A DNA stretch of 64,000 bases. It comes from Antedon mediterranea (Eukaryota; Animalia; Echinodermata). Where the stretch lies: the NCBI RefSeq assembly GCF_964355755.1, contig NC_092678.1, positions 6,898,422-6,962,421 on the forward strand. Direction: 5' to 3'. Within the stretch, counting starts at the first letter, position 1. Every line of letters starts with the position of its first letter. Positions 36,609 to 49,359 of this stretch are shown one piece after another. Below the pieces are notes generated by a model. It was not told the origin of the DNA, ran no database searches, and saw only the letters and a list, made by a program, of their open reading frames with translations. The translations under genes were made by a program, and so were the position numbers.

Positions 36609-37709
36609 TATCAACAGTTTTCAAATTTCAATACAGGCCTAATTTTTTAAAAAAATGAAAGCGTTTATAGAACAATATATTATACAATAAATACTGAATA
36701 GCTAATAGCAGTTTATCAATATACAAAACATATTTTTAAAGATTTTAAGCCTGTATAATTTTAAAATAATAACAATATTAATTCTAATTTGTATCGCCAT
36801 TTCACGACACTGTGGATATTTGATTCTTCAACTACATGCCGTTTCACTAAGGGTCACGTCCTGTCTGTGCTGCCAATTATACAGCGCTCTCCTTTCTACG
36901 ACAGCGATGTGAACTACAGTAGGTCGACACCTTAGTAACCTACTACCCTACCGGTACTCGTCTCGAAAGATTGTACTAGGTTTATTGTAGCTCACTCTGA
37001 ACAATCCAGGCTAATAGTCTTTATCCAAGAAGATTCGTCCGCCAGCCAACCTAAAAAACCATGTCCTTTAGATAGTAAGTATTTTATATTATAACCAATT
37101 ATTCTTTGAACATATTTGAACAATATTTGCCAAAAATGTAACTATATACGTTAAACTGGATATTTACAGAATAGTACAATAATGTTTACAGAAAAGAGAA
37201 CAACCTAACAACATCATAAAGCTGCGTTCACACTAGGTTAATCGTGTATATTATTCCGTTTCGTGAAGGGTAACTTGTTCGTTGTTTGATTCAACCTGTT
37301 AGTGGCGGTTTCATCGTTGTTGGTTGTGAACTGAATAAACAAAAAAAACCGTAAGCTTTATAAAGAAGAACGTTACTTACCGGTGATTTTTAAAGATATG
37401 TTATTGCTTTTTACAAAACAGTAGGCCTACAACAACTCAAATAAGAAAATCAGTTGAAGCATATACTAGTCTGGCATAATGCACATACGGTACAGTAAAC
37501 CAGAAAAAAAATGCGTATTATTCATCGCAGCATTTTAGGTCCATTGTAATTCTTCAGCCATAAATAACGTTTTTACAAAAGAAACATTGCTAGAGGCAGT
37601 ATATGTAATCATTTGTTCTGTATATTAATTTTGTTTTTCATATTGAATAAGTGTTTATTTAAGTACGCCCTCAAAGAAACTTACTTACGATCCACTTGGC
37701 CGAGATTGT

Positions 37710-37985
37710 AATACAGGTCACCGGTCAGAGGAACACTTGTCAACTCCTGTATTCAGCAAGATGATACTAGCCTACTTGCATTTCAACGACAAAAATGTGA
37801 AAAGCTGAAAATTGTGATGATAAACTTTTAGTCAGACCTGTACCTGACCACCTTTTGCCAAAATTCAGAGAGCTGTAAAACCCTGGTTTTCAGATATCAA
37901 TTGACGAGGGAATGCTTTCATGGCCTACTTGGTTTCAAAGTATACAACCCTCAGAAACCAGTGAAATATGGGATAAAATCTTACA
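37710..37985 (+). mobile_element. piggyBac transposase relic
   Basis: Reads across frameshifts as STPVFSKM..ILAYLHFND..VRPV.DHLLPKFREL..QISIDEGMLSW..FKVYNPQKPVKYGIKSY. Paralogous relic at 50690-50840. Confidence 0.75.
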
Positions 37986-37990
37986 TATAT

Positions 37991-38291
37991 ATATATGGCC
38001 AGACTGCGTTGAAACACCGGTTATATACGGCCATACTGCGTTGAAACACCGGTTATATACGGCCATACTGCGTTGAAACACCGGTTCTCGTCAGATCACT
38101 GAAGTTAAGCAACGTTGGGCCCGGTTGCGTTCTGGATGGAAGACCGTCTAGAAATAGCGGCGGGTGCTGTATACACTGGAGAGTGATGGTGTACTGGTAA
38201 TATCGGACTAGCATGTGATAGGCATGGGTTCGAGGTTATCTGTACCATACTAATTGCATCCTCAGGCAAGATGCTTTACTCTCATTGCCTC
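37991..38291 (+). mobile_element. Composite SINE: 5S rRNA-derived head (first 32 nt triplicated) + tRNA-like segment + CORE-like segment, 3' truncated
   Basis: 5S-like 38055-38173, then TGGTGTACTGGT / GGGTTCGAG boxes, then TCCTCAGGCAAGATGCTTTACTCTCATTGCCTC. Confidence 0.65.
38055..38173 (+). pseudogene. 5S rRNA-derived sequence
   Basis: ATATACGGCCATACTGCGTTGAAACACCGGTTCTCGTCAGATCACTGAAGTTAAGCAACGTTGGGCCCGGTT...GGATGGAAGACCG...GGGTGCTGTATA follows invertebrate 5S end to end. There is no oligo-T terminator after it. Confidence 0.85.
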
Positions 38292-38310
38292 GTGGATACT
38301 TCATAATAAA

Positions 38311-39845
38311 CAGTGGTGGCGCCAGCGGGGGGGGGGGCTACGGGGGCTCTAGCCCCCTCGTCGGGGAGCCTAGCCCCCCCGTCGGGGAACACGGGTACTT
38401 TTTGTCGGGGAATAAAATATACAGTAAAAAACGTTCGCGTTCACTTCATATAGCTTCAGCGCCTAGAAAACCACGACGTTCCATTGACCGTGAGAGTACG
38501 TCAGAGAGCTATTATGCACTTTTATGCATTCATTTATTGCCAGCATCGTTCAACGTAGGGTCGAGACGCGTGATATCAAGTTCCATCCAGGGACCAAAAT
38601 GTGTAATGTAGTTATTTTCCAGGCGAAGTTTACCGACGGTTACCGAAGGGAACACGGGTACTTTTTGTCGGGGAATATAATATACAGTTCACTTCTTAGC
38701 TAGCTTCAGCGCCTAGAAAACCGCGACGTTTCATTGACCGTGAGAGTACGTCAGAGTGATATTATGCACTTTATATGCATTCATTATTGCCAGCGATCTA
38801 ACTTACTACTAAACAATAGCTAGGTTCGCACTTGTCTGGCGGTATCCCTTTGTACGAATCGTTCAACGTTGGGTCGAGACGCGTGATATCATGTTCCATC
38901 CAGGGACCAAAATGTGTACTGTAGTTATTTTCCAGGCGAAGTTTACTGACGGTTACGTCGTGTACTGCGTCGACGTGCGCTACACTACAGCAAAAACGAA
39001 TTACGTTAATTGTTCGTATGTTCACCAATTTTTTTTTTATTTACAAGTAACCTTCTGTACCGTGAGGCACCTAAAATAAATTTTTCATCCATTACAAAAC
39101 AAAAAAACATGCCATTTTCGCTTAGCCAACATCTTATTATAGCTAAATCATTACATTTTCAATGTCCTGTATGTCATGAATTTCTCACCACTCGGAAGTC
39201 CAGATGGTACGCACGCATACACTTGGGAGGAATAAACTTATTTCCCCGACTGAAAAAGGTCTACGCTTGCGTTTTTTAAGTCTCTAGGCCTGATGTTTCC
39301 GAAGTATAAAATGCAATTTTTTGAAGACCAGCAGCTCTAGTTTTAAACAGTTTCTTAGCTCAGCCCCAACAATAAAGCTGGTCATATTTCGAAGTACAAG
39401 AAGTCCATTTTCCGGGACCTAACATCTCTATTTTTCAAACATTTCTTAGCTCAGTCACAACCTTGATAGGGACTTATTATACTTCAAAACATGAAACAAA
39501 ATATATAAGTCCAACTTCCGGGACCTCCAACTCTATTTTTCCAAATTTTCTTTGAACTTTTATTTTTTAAATTGAAAAATATGGATTGAAACAGTCATCG
39601 CGCATCGTTTTTTTGCACGCAGTATTTTATTTATGCATTATAAAAAATGGAAAAAATGGCTACCCTAAATCTGATTAAAATGACCTCAAATGACGCTAGA
39701 ACGCGTTGCTTAAAGGGGGCTTCGCCCCCTGGACCCCGACCGGGGGCCCTTGGCGGCCCCCTGGCCCCCAGCCTAGTGATGCTCGCATAGCCCCCTCGTC
39801 GGGGAATGTAGCCCCCGCGTCGGGAAGATCCTGGCGCCACCCCTG
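38311..39845. mobile_element. Non-autonomous hAT-type DNA transposon
   Basis: TIR CAGTGGTGGCGCCAG / CTGGCGCCACCCCTG; 8-bp TSD ATAATAAA (38303-10, 39846-53); empty site in the paralog at 27044-27051. Internal direct duplication of ~260 bp (38384 vs 38648). Confidence 0.9.
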
Positions 39846-41590
39846 ATAATAAATAATTACTGAATACAACCATTAGGCCTAAATAAAGCAATTCATTGCA
39901 CGCGCAATTGTTTCACGGAGAAATTACCATCTGGCGCTCTAAATCTTCCAGACATGTTGCCTTAAAATGTGCAAACAACAACATTTGTACGCCGTTAACT
40001 GTAAAAACAAATGTGTAAATCATTTTTTCAACCAAAATATTAAGAATAACCTAATTCTAAATAGCCACGGGTTTTTCTAACAATGTTTTCAAGATATAGG
40101 AACATATTTAATTAGTACAGGCTGAAATAATTTAAAAAAAAAAAAGACACAATGATGTCCGGCATTATTATTTTTCCTACGAGGTTAAGGCAGAAATCAT
40201 GAATAATGCATTACCTTAATTATTTTCTAATAATATTATATATTAGGCTAAGATAGCTGATCTACTTCCTAAATATACTAAACCTAACCCTCTAAATAAT
40301 CTCTCTCAACTATTAAAAGAACATTTTCTTGATAGACCTCGAACCGAGGCTCCAGTGTTATAGGTTAAATCCTTAAGACCAAGACCAAACATTTCGGTTG
40401 GCAAACGCTCTCTCCATCTTATAAAGCGCCCTCTATATTGTCCCATATTACGTCATAATTAAGGTAATGAATTATTCACGGTTTCTCCTCAAACAAATAA
40501 TGCGTCCAGGGATGCAGGACTGGCACATGGTCGCTGCTTGCTGTAGATGGTAATCCATACCGTTGAAATAATAATAAAGTACCGTATAGTTGTTCTCTTT
40601 TTTTAAAGAAAATTCACAAAACATAATGAACTGAGTTTATTATATTTTATACTATTTTATTTAAAATTTATTTTTGTTATGCACGATTTGAACAATTTAG
40701 TCAATTTGAAATTGTGAGAATGTTTTTGGTCAACCACCCCTATTCAGGAGGAACCTCTCTATTTTATTAAGAAGATGATGAAGAGATGGCTTATGCCAAC
40801 GATAAGAATGTTGTGCTAACGCCTCGAGCACCTGCGCATTATCCATTTACTAGGTTAGATGGAAATGTAAAAAAACAAACATTGCAAAAAATTTTAGGGC
40901 ATGCAAAAAAATACCCATTATGAAAATGCCAAGTCTAAATAAAAAGAGAAATCAGAAAAGAGACTAGATATGTGTGCAGTTTTTCAATGTCCAACTACAT
41001 AAAGGTCTATGTTTCACAAGATATCATACTGTAAAAAAAATATTTTTGAGATTGTAATTTGTAAACCTATTGTAAATAGCAAAAGTGACTTCCATACTAA
41101 GAATGTAAATCCAATACAACAAAAAACAAGTGTACAAAAAGCTTAGAAACCATTGTCTAATTTAGCATTGAAACAAAATCCTGGTTTGTTCTCTGAATCA
41201 GCGTAACGTGCTTTACCAGAGTCGCGTCCACGCGACTAAAAACCAAAGATTTCAAACTAGGATTGTTTAAAACTCGTCACGGTTGAGAAGGTATCTTCAC
41301 ACAGATCGCGAGGAATATGATTATGCATAGGCCTACAGAGTAGCCAAATAAGCGCGTTGCATTATGAGATGTTTTGATCAAAAAACGTCTGTTTTTCAGT
41401 TAAATGAATTTTTTCGACTAATTTTTGGTGAAAGATAATAACTATTATGATATTTTTAAATGACCCACATTTTTTGAAATCTTTTTTTTTGTATTTTTTT
41501 TTTGGAATTAGTCAAAGGGAAAATGCATCTTTAAAAAAAAATCATGTTCTTGATAGACTTCGGACCGAGGGTTGCAGTGTTATAGGTTAA

Positions 41591-41854
41591 AGATGTAAAA
41601 AAACATGAAAATTAAAGATAAATAAAATCAGACTTTGAATAGATTATTTTGTAGTTTTAATACAATCAATCGATCACTTGCGTAGAAAAAAAACCCGGAA
41701 AAATAATGATTTTCACTTATAAAATGACAAAATAAATGGTTAAATTCAACAAAAGACATTGGCTGGCAGCCAATTTATCTATTAGGTGACATTATAATGG
41801 CATATTCAACAAAACAATTGTTACAATTATTTTTTTCATGGGGACAATGCAACT
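41591..41854. mobile_element. Kolobok-like MITE (TTAA TSD)
   Basis: TTAA|AGATGTA ... GGGGACAATGCAACT|TTAA; the paralogous sites (~27565, ~40365) have a single TTAA. Confidence 0.8.
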
Positions 41855-41929
41855 TTAAAGCCTTTACACTAGACCAAACATTTCGGTTGCCAAATCTGGG
41901 ATGATTGATTGAAATATATATTTATATTT

Positions 41930-42221
41930 ATACTGGGTAACCTCTTCAGTCAATGACTGGTCTGCCAGAGGGCCCAGTTGGTGATCAGTGGCTGTGATGT
42001 ACTAATACACCGGGGTAACCCCCTACACGTCTCGAAAGATGTACTAGGTTCTTTAAAGTGCACACGAGCCAGATGTGTACACTGGACCTACGGTTTATAG
42101 TCCTTATCCGAGAAGACTCGTTCTACCACCAGAACCATGGAGTGAGTGAGCCTCGAACCCCTGCCGTTGTTATGGCTAGGTAATTACGTTTCCACTGTCT
42201 TAACCGCTCGGCCACTCACTC
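41930..42221 (-). mobile_element. tRNA-derived SINE (decayed copy at ~36935-37050)
   Basis: Minus strand A-box TGGCCGAGCGG and B-box GGTTCGAG. The body AGTCTTCTCGGATAAGGACTATAAACCG is shared with the 37.0-kb copy. Confidence 0.7.
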
Positions 42222-43134
42222 ATCAGGATGCAGGACTGACACGTGGTGGCTGCTTGCTGTATATGGTAATCCATACCGAAATTAAAGTTCCATATAGTTG
42301 TCATCTTATTTTAAAATTTGACATTAACAAAACATAATGAACTGAGTTCATTAGATTTTATATTATTTTATTTAAAATTTATTTTTGTTAACAATTTAGT
42401 CAATTTGAAATTTTGAGGATTTTTTTGTCAACCACCCCAATTAAGGAGGAACCTCTATTGTATTAAGGAGACACTTGAAGGTGTCCCATTAAAATGGGTC
42501 AAGGGTAGGCCTACTATAAGTATTCAACTTTCTTTCAAAAGGTTTATATTACCGTAGGCTTAAATGTGCCTTAGGCCTACATTGTGTACTTACGAAATGT
42601 GTTCTAAGCTCAAACTAGTGTTTATTTACTAGGCATTATCCATTTTCAGTATTGACTGAGAATTTAAGAATATTGATATACAAAATTTTAATACTACGCC
42701 ACTTTCAATTTTTGTAAATTTTTAACCGATTCGAGCCAAAGCTGTCAGTAGATACAGTCTAACCTACTATCGCAAGTCAGATACGTGTCTAGCTGTAATA
42801 TATACTTCGAGTAAAGTATTTCATTGACAACGAGTGGGTCACACTTCCTAAATTACTTCTTAAAATGTTGATCAATTTACACAAAAACTCAAGTGCAATC
42901 AAGAAAGCTGAAAAGAGAAAAGTAATGTAAGTTTTTTAAACTAAAATGTGCTGGATAATTCAGCTTCGAAGATTGCATTTATTTGTAACCATTCTAAAGT
43001 ACCCATCTTTATCTGTACAAGTTTCTTATATTAATCCGGTATATTATAAATTGTTTTAAACCCAAAGTGCAATCAAGAAAGCCGAAGCGAGAAAAGTAAT
43101 GTACAGTTTTTAAAACTAAAATGTGCTGGATAAT

Positions 43135-46100
43135 TCAGCTTCGAAGATTGCATTTATTTGTAACCATCCTAAAGTACCCATCTTCATTCATCTGTACAAG
43201 TTTATTATATTCATCCGGTATATTATGAATTGTTTTAAACCCAAATTTAATTTCCGATGCATAGTGATATGAAAGGTTTCTTCCATCAGGTGCAATGCTG
43301 AAAGGATAAAATCCATACAGTGATATCATATCGCAATACGGTAAAGCTGCAGTGTACAAAAACAGTCCAGATGAAGGGCCATTGGTCAAGTTGAAAAACC
43401 TGCAGAAAAATACAATATTACTGTACTTTATAAATAATGTATGCCTAAATTTGGAATATTGTAATGAATTACTTAGTACATTTACTCCGCATATACAGAA
43501 AATGTAAAGAGAAAAATATCTTACCTTTTTATCGGGTTTGACAGGTATTTGAATGGATAAGCTAGTGATATATTCACCAAATTGTGTCTTGCAAAAAAAT
43601 TTAGCACCTCAAAATGCTTAAAAGGTGTAACGTCACGTACTTTAGAAAACCAAAGTATGGCATTTTTTAACTCTTTTAATCTTTGCAAACCATACGAAGA
43701 ATTACAGACGCCATTATATGTTCTCATGCAGGCCCGAAATTCTCTTCTTGCTGCGTTATTTACAGACATTACGTTCGTTTTGTTTCCAACATCATTTACA
43801 AATTCTTTTATAGGAGCCATGTTTGATCTCATCACAAAGTCATGAGCGTCGATTTCAGATCCACATCCACTGCTTCGAAGAATTCCGCCACTGCCGACTA
43901 CTGCGCATGTGCGATGCCAAGAAAGTTTCTCTCCTGCTCTGCCCTCAATATACTTGCCGTAATGTCTAGCCTTTACCATCTGTTTCAAACTCGTATATTT
44001 AACTTGTTGATGAAGAGGTATTAAAATATTTGATGCAAAAATGTTAGCTTTGTCCCTATGACAAAAAAGATCGAAAAATTATGTTTGTTACAAGCATAAA
44101 TTATTTATATTCAAATGTTTCAATTGTTTTTTGCAATCAATTAATTGTGATAGGATATTACACAATACTTAAAATACATCATTTAAAAGGTTTAAACAGA
44201 TAAAAAGTTAAACAAATACAGTTTTTTAAATCAATGCATTGTTGAGACAGTTGGATATAACAATACAGACATCGAAATCAATAAAAAGTTTGATAAACAA
44301 GTAAGTTTAAAATATTACATAATAGTGTGTACTAAAGTTGGTAATGAATTTCCTTGCTTTTTCCGTCTTAACTTCTGGTAAAGCAAAAGCAATCATCGAT
44401 ATCATAATCATCATCATCATTGTCATCGTCATTGATAATGGCCTGATGTGTGTAGACTTAATTAAAGTAAAAATGTTTTAGTGTCAACGATTATATTATT
44501 ATATAAGTCAATTATGCTCTCCAGGTAAAATCTTATCCTGAGATGAGTAGTTCATAGTAGTCACTACAGTTTTTTTTAAATACATTTTGCTTTCTATGGA
44601 CCTGAGAGATTCCAAAATAAAAGATTGAATGAATGAATGACTGAATTATTAATATTACGAATTTAAAGAGAAATAAATGTATCCTTATTACTTTACTAAT
44701 TTTAAACTTCTTATTGCTCGTTGGTAACCAAATAAATATTATTATTATTATTGGTTTTTTTAAATTTACTTGCAATACTTTAGTAACTTTAATAAACAAT
44801 GTCCTCGTAAAACCTAACATTTGCGCGCACACACACATACACACAAAACCTGTTCACCATGGCTGATATCAATCTTAAATCCAATTATCTTTCTACATAT
44901 ATAAATTAAATGACAGGATAAGCAATGTGTTTTTTATTTTAATGTACAATGACTGAAATTATAATGTTTTTTTACTGAAATATGAATGAAAGAAATAAAT
45001 GTTTATTTGAATTTGAATTTGAACTAATGGAGAAATAAATGTACGTATTTTGCTATATCAAGTATTAGATATACAAACATAAACAAACTAAATAACACAT
45101 TTTTGTCATTGAATTCAAGTAAGTACAGGCCTATTTAGATAAACTTATTATTATTCAAAGTAATCTTAAGTGGGATCTTAATACTGTGGATATCGTTTCT
45201 AGAGCCTTCAGATGTTTGTTTTCATCAATAATAATAATAATAATAATATTTATTTGGAACAACACTTTTTTAACAGTGGCACACATGCGTAGATGGTGCG
45301 TCCATACCAATTACAAAATTCAATACAAAAACAATGAAAAATAAAAACTGAAACGAAAATAAAACATATTTGAGATAATGACATAACATTTGACTCGACG
45401 CTATTACAAAACTTATTTACAAACTAAAACTACACTAATACAACTACTAATTTTGCAAAATAAATGGAAAAGAAAACACTTTTAAAAAAAATAAAACAGT
45501 TCAAAGTTGCAATACAATTGTTGCATTTCTTAATTTCTTAAGAAAGCTATTGTTGTATGTGTTAATGACTTAATCACAGTGTATACTTATAAGACCGGTA
45601 TTAGAATATGCTGCCTCTGTTTGACATGGCGCTTTGTCTCGATCCAATTGTAAGGCTATTGAAAGAGTACAGAAAAGGGCCTTTCGAATTATTTATGGTC
45701 TGACTAAATCAATTATGATAATGCTCTTTCATTTATTAGTATTCCCTCACTTGAGGAAAGAAGGGATCTACCTACACTTGCTTTTGGCAATAGTTTGCTG
45801 AATATGATGAATTCAGAGATATGCTCCACCCATATTACAAACCCTCTAGTTTCCGAAATTAAAGACTGAGAGATATAGAAAGTCCAGATTTGAAATTAGC
45901 ATCATACTGTATTTGATGAGCTTTTTAAAAAATTAACTAGCATGTAACTGATCTAATTTTCTTTTTTTGTCTCATGTGCAATTACTCTGCTGCTTTTTGT
46001 ATATATATGTTTTTTTTTTCATACCGAAAAATAAATAAACTTACCGTAAGTCGAATACCTTGGCTAAATCAATGGTTTTATTTAATTCAGTTTCAAGTAA

Positions 46101-46844
46101 TTCCTTCATGGTTCTCCTCGGCGGCTCACCAGTTACAAACGACCTGTGAATACAATCTTGATAACATAATATTTATTAAAACAATCTAGTAGGCACGTTT
46201 CCAATTAAAGTACAAATGCATTCGATTCTATTAAGGTAACTTACGGTACTCACTATTAACATTATCTGCCCCTAGACCAGTGTAGTAGATATAGGACAAT
46301 CACTTATAAGGTCCTAACTTGGAAAAATGAAGTATTGGGAGACTATATGAAAGCGTGACCAAGCAATAAGTGTGTGGTATATTAAAAAAAAAAATCAATC
46401 AAGCATAATTTTATAATTACACATCGATACAAACAATGGGTACTGCACACAGGCCTAGATGGCAGGTGCCATAAGAGTGGAATATGCCGCGTGTGTGCAT
46501 TGTGTTGGCGACGTAATTTTTGACCTACTATAGTGCCAGGGTTGTATGTAACTCACAACACTTTACTTCATTCCCTAAGTCTCAAATGAGACAAGCACAA
46601 TAAAATAGTTTATCCAGCCATAATCGAGTTAATCGCTGTTGGATGCGTAAGAAATAAACAAAAATACAATGAGCTCATAATTAAAAAGATCTTTATTAAT
46701 CAGATTTGTTTTTACTAACCTTGAGAAATACGTTCTGTCTATGTATTTACTTTTTTTGGATAAATGTAATAGGGTGAATGTAGTTGCCAATATAGAGAAA
46801 CTTGTTAGAAACGTTAACAAGGTGATCGTCCGTTGTCTAAACAT
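43135..46844 (-). CDS. ST8Sia-like alpha-2,8-sialyltransferase (GT29), copy B, intact, 339 aa
   Basis: Exons 46720-46844, 46045-46143, 43525-44055 and 43135-43399 total 1020 nt in frame, GT-AG. Type II TM anchor; motif [30 protein letters not shown]; S PSSG; VS HNIPDEY; C-terminal Cys. Confidence 0.9.
45580..45810 (+). mobile_element. LINE ORF2 C-terminal relic in intron 2 of copy B
   Basis: [37 protein letters not shown]...IPSLEERR. Confidence 0.7.
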
Positions 46845-47101
46845 ATCGAAGTTATCAGACTTCTATAAAATTAGATAAATAACATATTCTTATATAATTT
46901 ATTGTAGAAAACATAGTAATGATTACTGACATTTTTATCCAAGGTACAAAACCCGATAAAAATACATACCAAAAAAAAACACCAATACTAAACTATGTAA
47001 AAAGGTTAAAAACAGTAAAAACTGAACTAGGCCTATATACTATGATTGAGTTAATATAAGATTTTAATATACAGAATACTATCCTTTAAATTTATCATTA
47101 A

Positions 47102-48099
47102 AGGAAAGGAACAACCTAATATTTTACCTATTATAAAAGTAACCCTACCAACTTAATATTCAGAAAAATTTATGTTTAAATCGGATTTGTAGTTTTTTAG
47201 TAAACAGGATTTTAAAGCTGTTTTCAAGACATTTGAAAATCGCCATCTTTTGCTCATGGTAGCCTGTTTGTGACGTCAGATACGGCCGACGAAAATTTTA
47301 AGATTCGCGGTTGCATTCGGCGCTTCTATTGGCTAAGCGAATCCGCTAATATGATTGGCTAATAACGCGACATGCAGTCATGCAGGACGGCGATGATACG
47401 GTATGAGCATGCGCTGACTTGGTAAACAAACCTTCGATCGATCTTTTCTTCTCTAAGCCAATTCGTAAATCTTTCAGCTACTGTTAATCTATTGTTACTT
47501 TTATTGCCTAGCTGTTTCAAACGGGATTTGGTAGGGGAATTAACTGGCAAACCTTCCAAACGGAGGCTGTTGGTTGTTGACGATGCAGTGTCTACTTTAT
47601 TTTCGTTCAACATGAGTTCTAGGCCTAGTGTAAGGCATACAGTACAGATACACTGGCCGCAAGTACACCATTCTTCGACGGCTTGTTATGCTCGAGAATG
47701 TTCTTCTTCTCTTCTTTTTTCCTCATCAGCACGACGCAAAACTAACTCTCTTTCTGTATATTCTGTTTCCAAATTTTCTGAATTATAAAAACTCCAAGCC
47801 ATATTCCGAAAATATTAGGTATGTTAGGCTATTTAATTGATTTTATTTATGGTTATATTGAAATACTGTACTAAGACGATGGACGCTTGGATTTGCTTGA
47901 ATGCGTCCACCTAATCTGACGTCACATAATTGCTCTTAACCTGTCAAAATGGCGCTGTTCAATTTCGGATATGTTGTTGTTTAAAAGTCTATTTTTTAAC
48001 TAAATTGCTTACTATTGTACCTTGAACCATTGTAATCATGTTTTTATTACATTTATCTATAAGCACAGTGGCACATTTAGCCCAGTGTGTTCCTTTCCT
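47102..48099. mobile_element. Kolobok-like non-autonomous element with a Cys-rich ORF relic
   Basis: TTAA|AGGAAAGGAACA ... TGTTCCTTTCCT (right TSD decayed). Minus strand 47641-47802 reads ETEYTERE...EEWCTCGQC. Confidence 0.65.
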
Positions 48100-48220
48100 T
48101 CATAGCTTAATTGCACATAGAAAGAATTTGCCATTAATTGTACATGTAGACATGTAGTTTTTTTCTCTATAGTCTTATCGCAGATCTCATTTCTACCTTC
48201 GAAGACATTTTATTATTCTC

Positions 48221-48433
48221 TGTAATTTATTTAAATTAGATAAGCTATTTAACATCATGATGCAGCAAAAACTGAATATGGACTGTAAAAAAGAAAAAGA
48301 TAAAGACAATGCATCTTTACCAATCTTAAAGTAAAGATGCATTGTCTCTTTTTCACCAGGCAATGATACAGTCGACATTCCGTTTTTGCTGCATCATGAG
48401 GTTAAATAGCTTATCTAATTTAAATAAATTACA
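48221..48433. repeat. Fold-back palindrome of a LINE RT C-terminal fragment
   Basis: ~100-bp imperfect arms around a 10-nt loop (AGACAATGCATCTTTAC / GTAAAGATGCATTGTCT). Both arms read QS.F.FCCIM.LNSLSNLNKLQ. Confidence 0.7.
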
Positions 48434-48902
48434 ACTTGACAACTGTTGCTCTGTCTGGGCCTCTAAACATACCTCTACCATTGAACTTAAAAAAATCCAA
48501 AACATTAATACAATAACACAATAATTGTATTGGGTTGCTATCTTCGCTTGCACGGCCCTCAAAAAATATTTCTAGATCCGACCTTGTAGGCCTATTCTAT
48601 AATGTTGAGTTTTTACGTCAAAATTAATTCCGCCTGCCTTCGAGTTCCAACAATTCACTTGAGCGTTTTCTTTCTATATCATGCCTCGCATGGAACAATT
48701 AGGGTACGGAAACTCCCACACACATGTATGTGTATCATATCAACAACATAAATTATCTATTTAATATTTTTCACCATTAATTACGTCTGTTTTTAATTTA
48801 AAACAAACATATGAGAGGAAACATTGTCAGGAATTATTGCCAAAATTACTTCCTTGCATCACAGATTGAACACGTTTACCGAAACTGATTAGTCAACTGT
48901 TG

Positions 48903-49144
48903 CGTCGCACTTTGTAATAATTGTCGCACTTTGTAATACCTGTCGCTGTTTATAACAAAGTTGTCGCACTTTGTAATACCTGTCGCACTTTGTAATAACA
49001 GTTGTCGCACTTTTTAATAACCGACCAGTCGCCGAATCGTCTCAGTGCCGAATCGTCCCATTGCCGAATCGTTCCAGGGCCGAATCGTCGCAGGGCCGAA
49101 TCGTCCCGGGCCGAATCGTCCCGGGCCGAATCGTCTCTCTACCA
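48903..49144 (+). repeat. Adjacent ~20-bp (TGTCGCACTTTGTAATA) and 15-bp (GCCGAATCGTCC) arrays, probably transposon subterminal repeats
   Basis: Both arrays are visible; the second ends in TACC. No partner TIR was found. Confidence 0.65.
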
Positions 49145-49359
49145 TGAACACAACATGTTTACATCTGGTTACATTGTATATATACATTTATTTATATAGG
49201 ATAACTTCTAACATGACCGTTCATTAGCCAACAATTTGAATAATTCAGTCATGGTGTACCACGATCACAACGAACCAAAATGACACGACTGCCTATTAAT
49301 AAAGTAATGTCTACCAATGCTTACCCCACTTACTACCTAGTTCCGTTAAACTGGATATT

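Noticed and set aside
38055-38173. Functional 5S rRNA gene
   Set aside because: The 3' half (box C region) is diverged, there is no T-run terminator, the head is triplicated, and it is fused to SINE modules.
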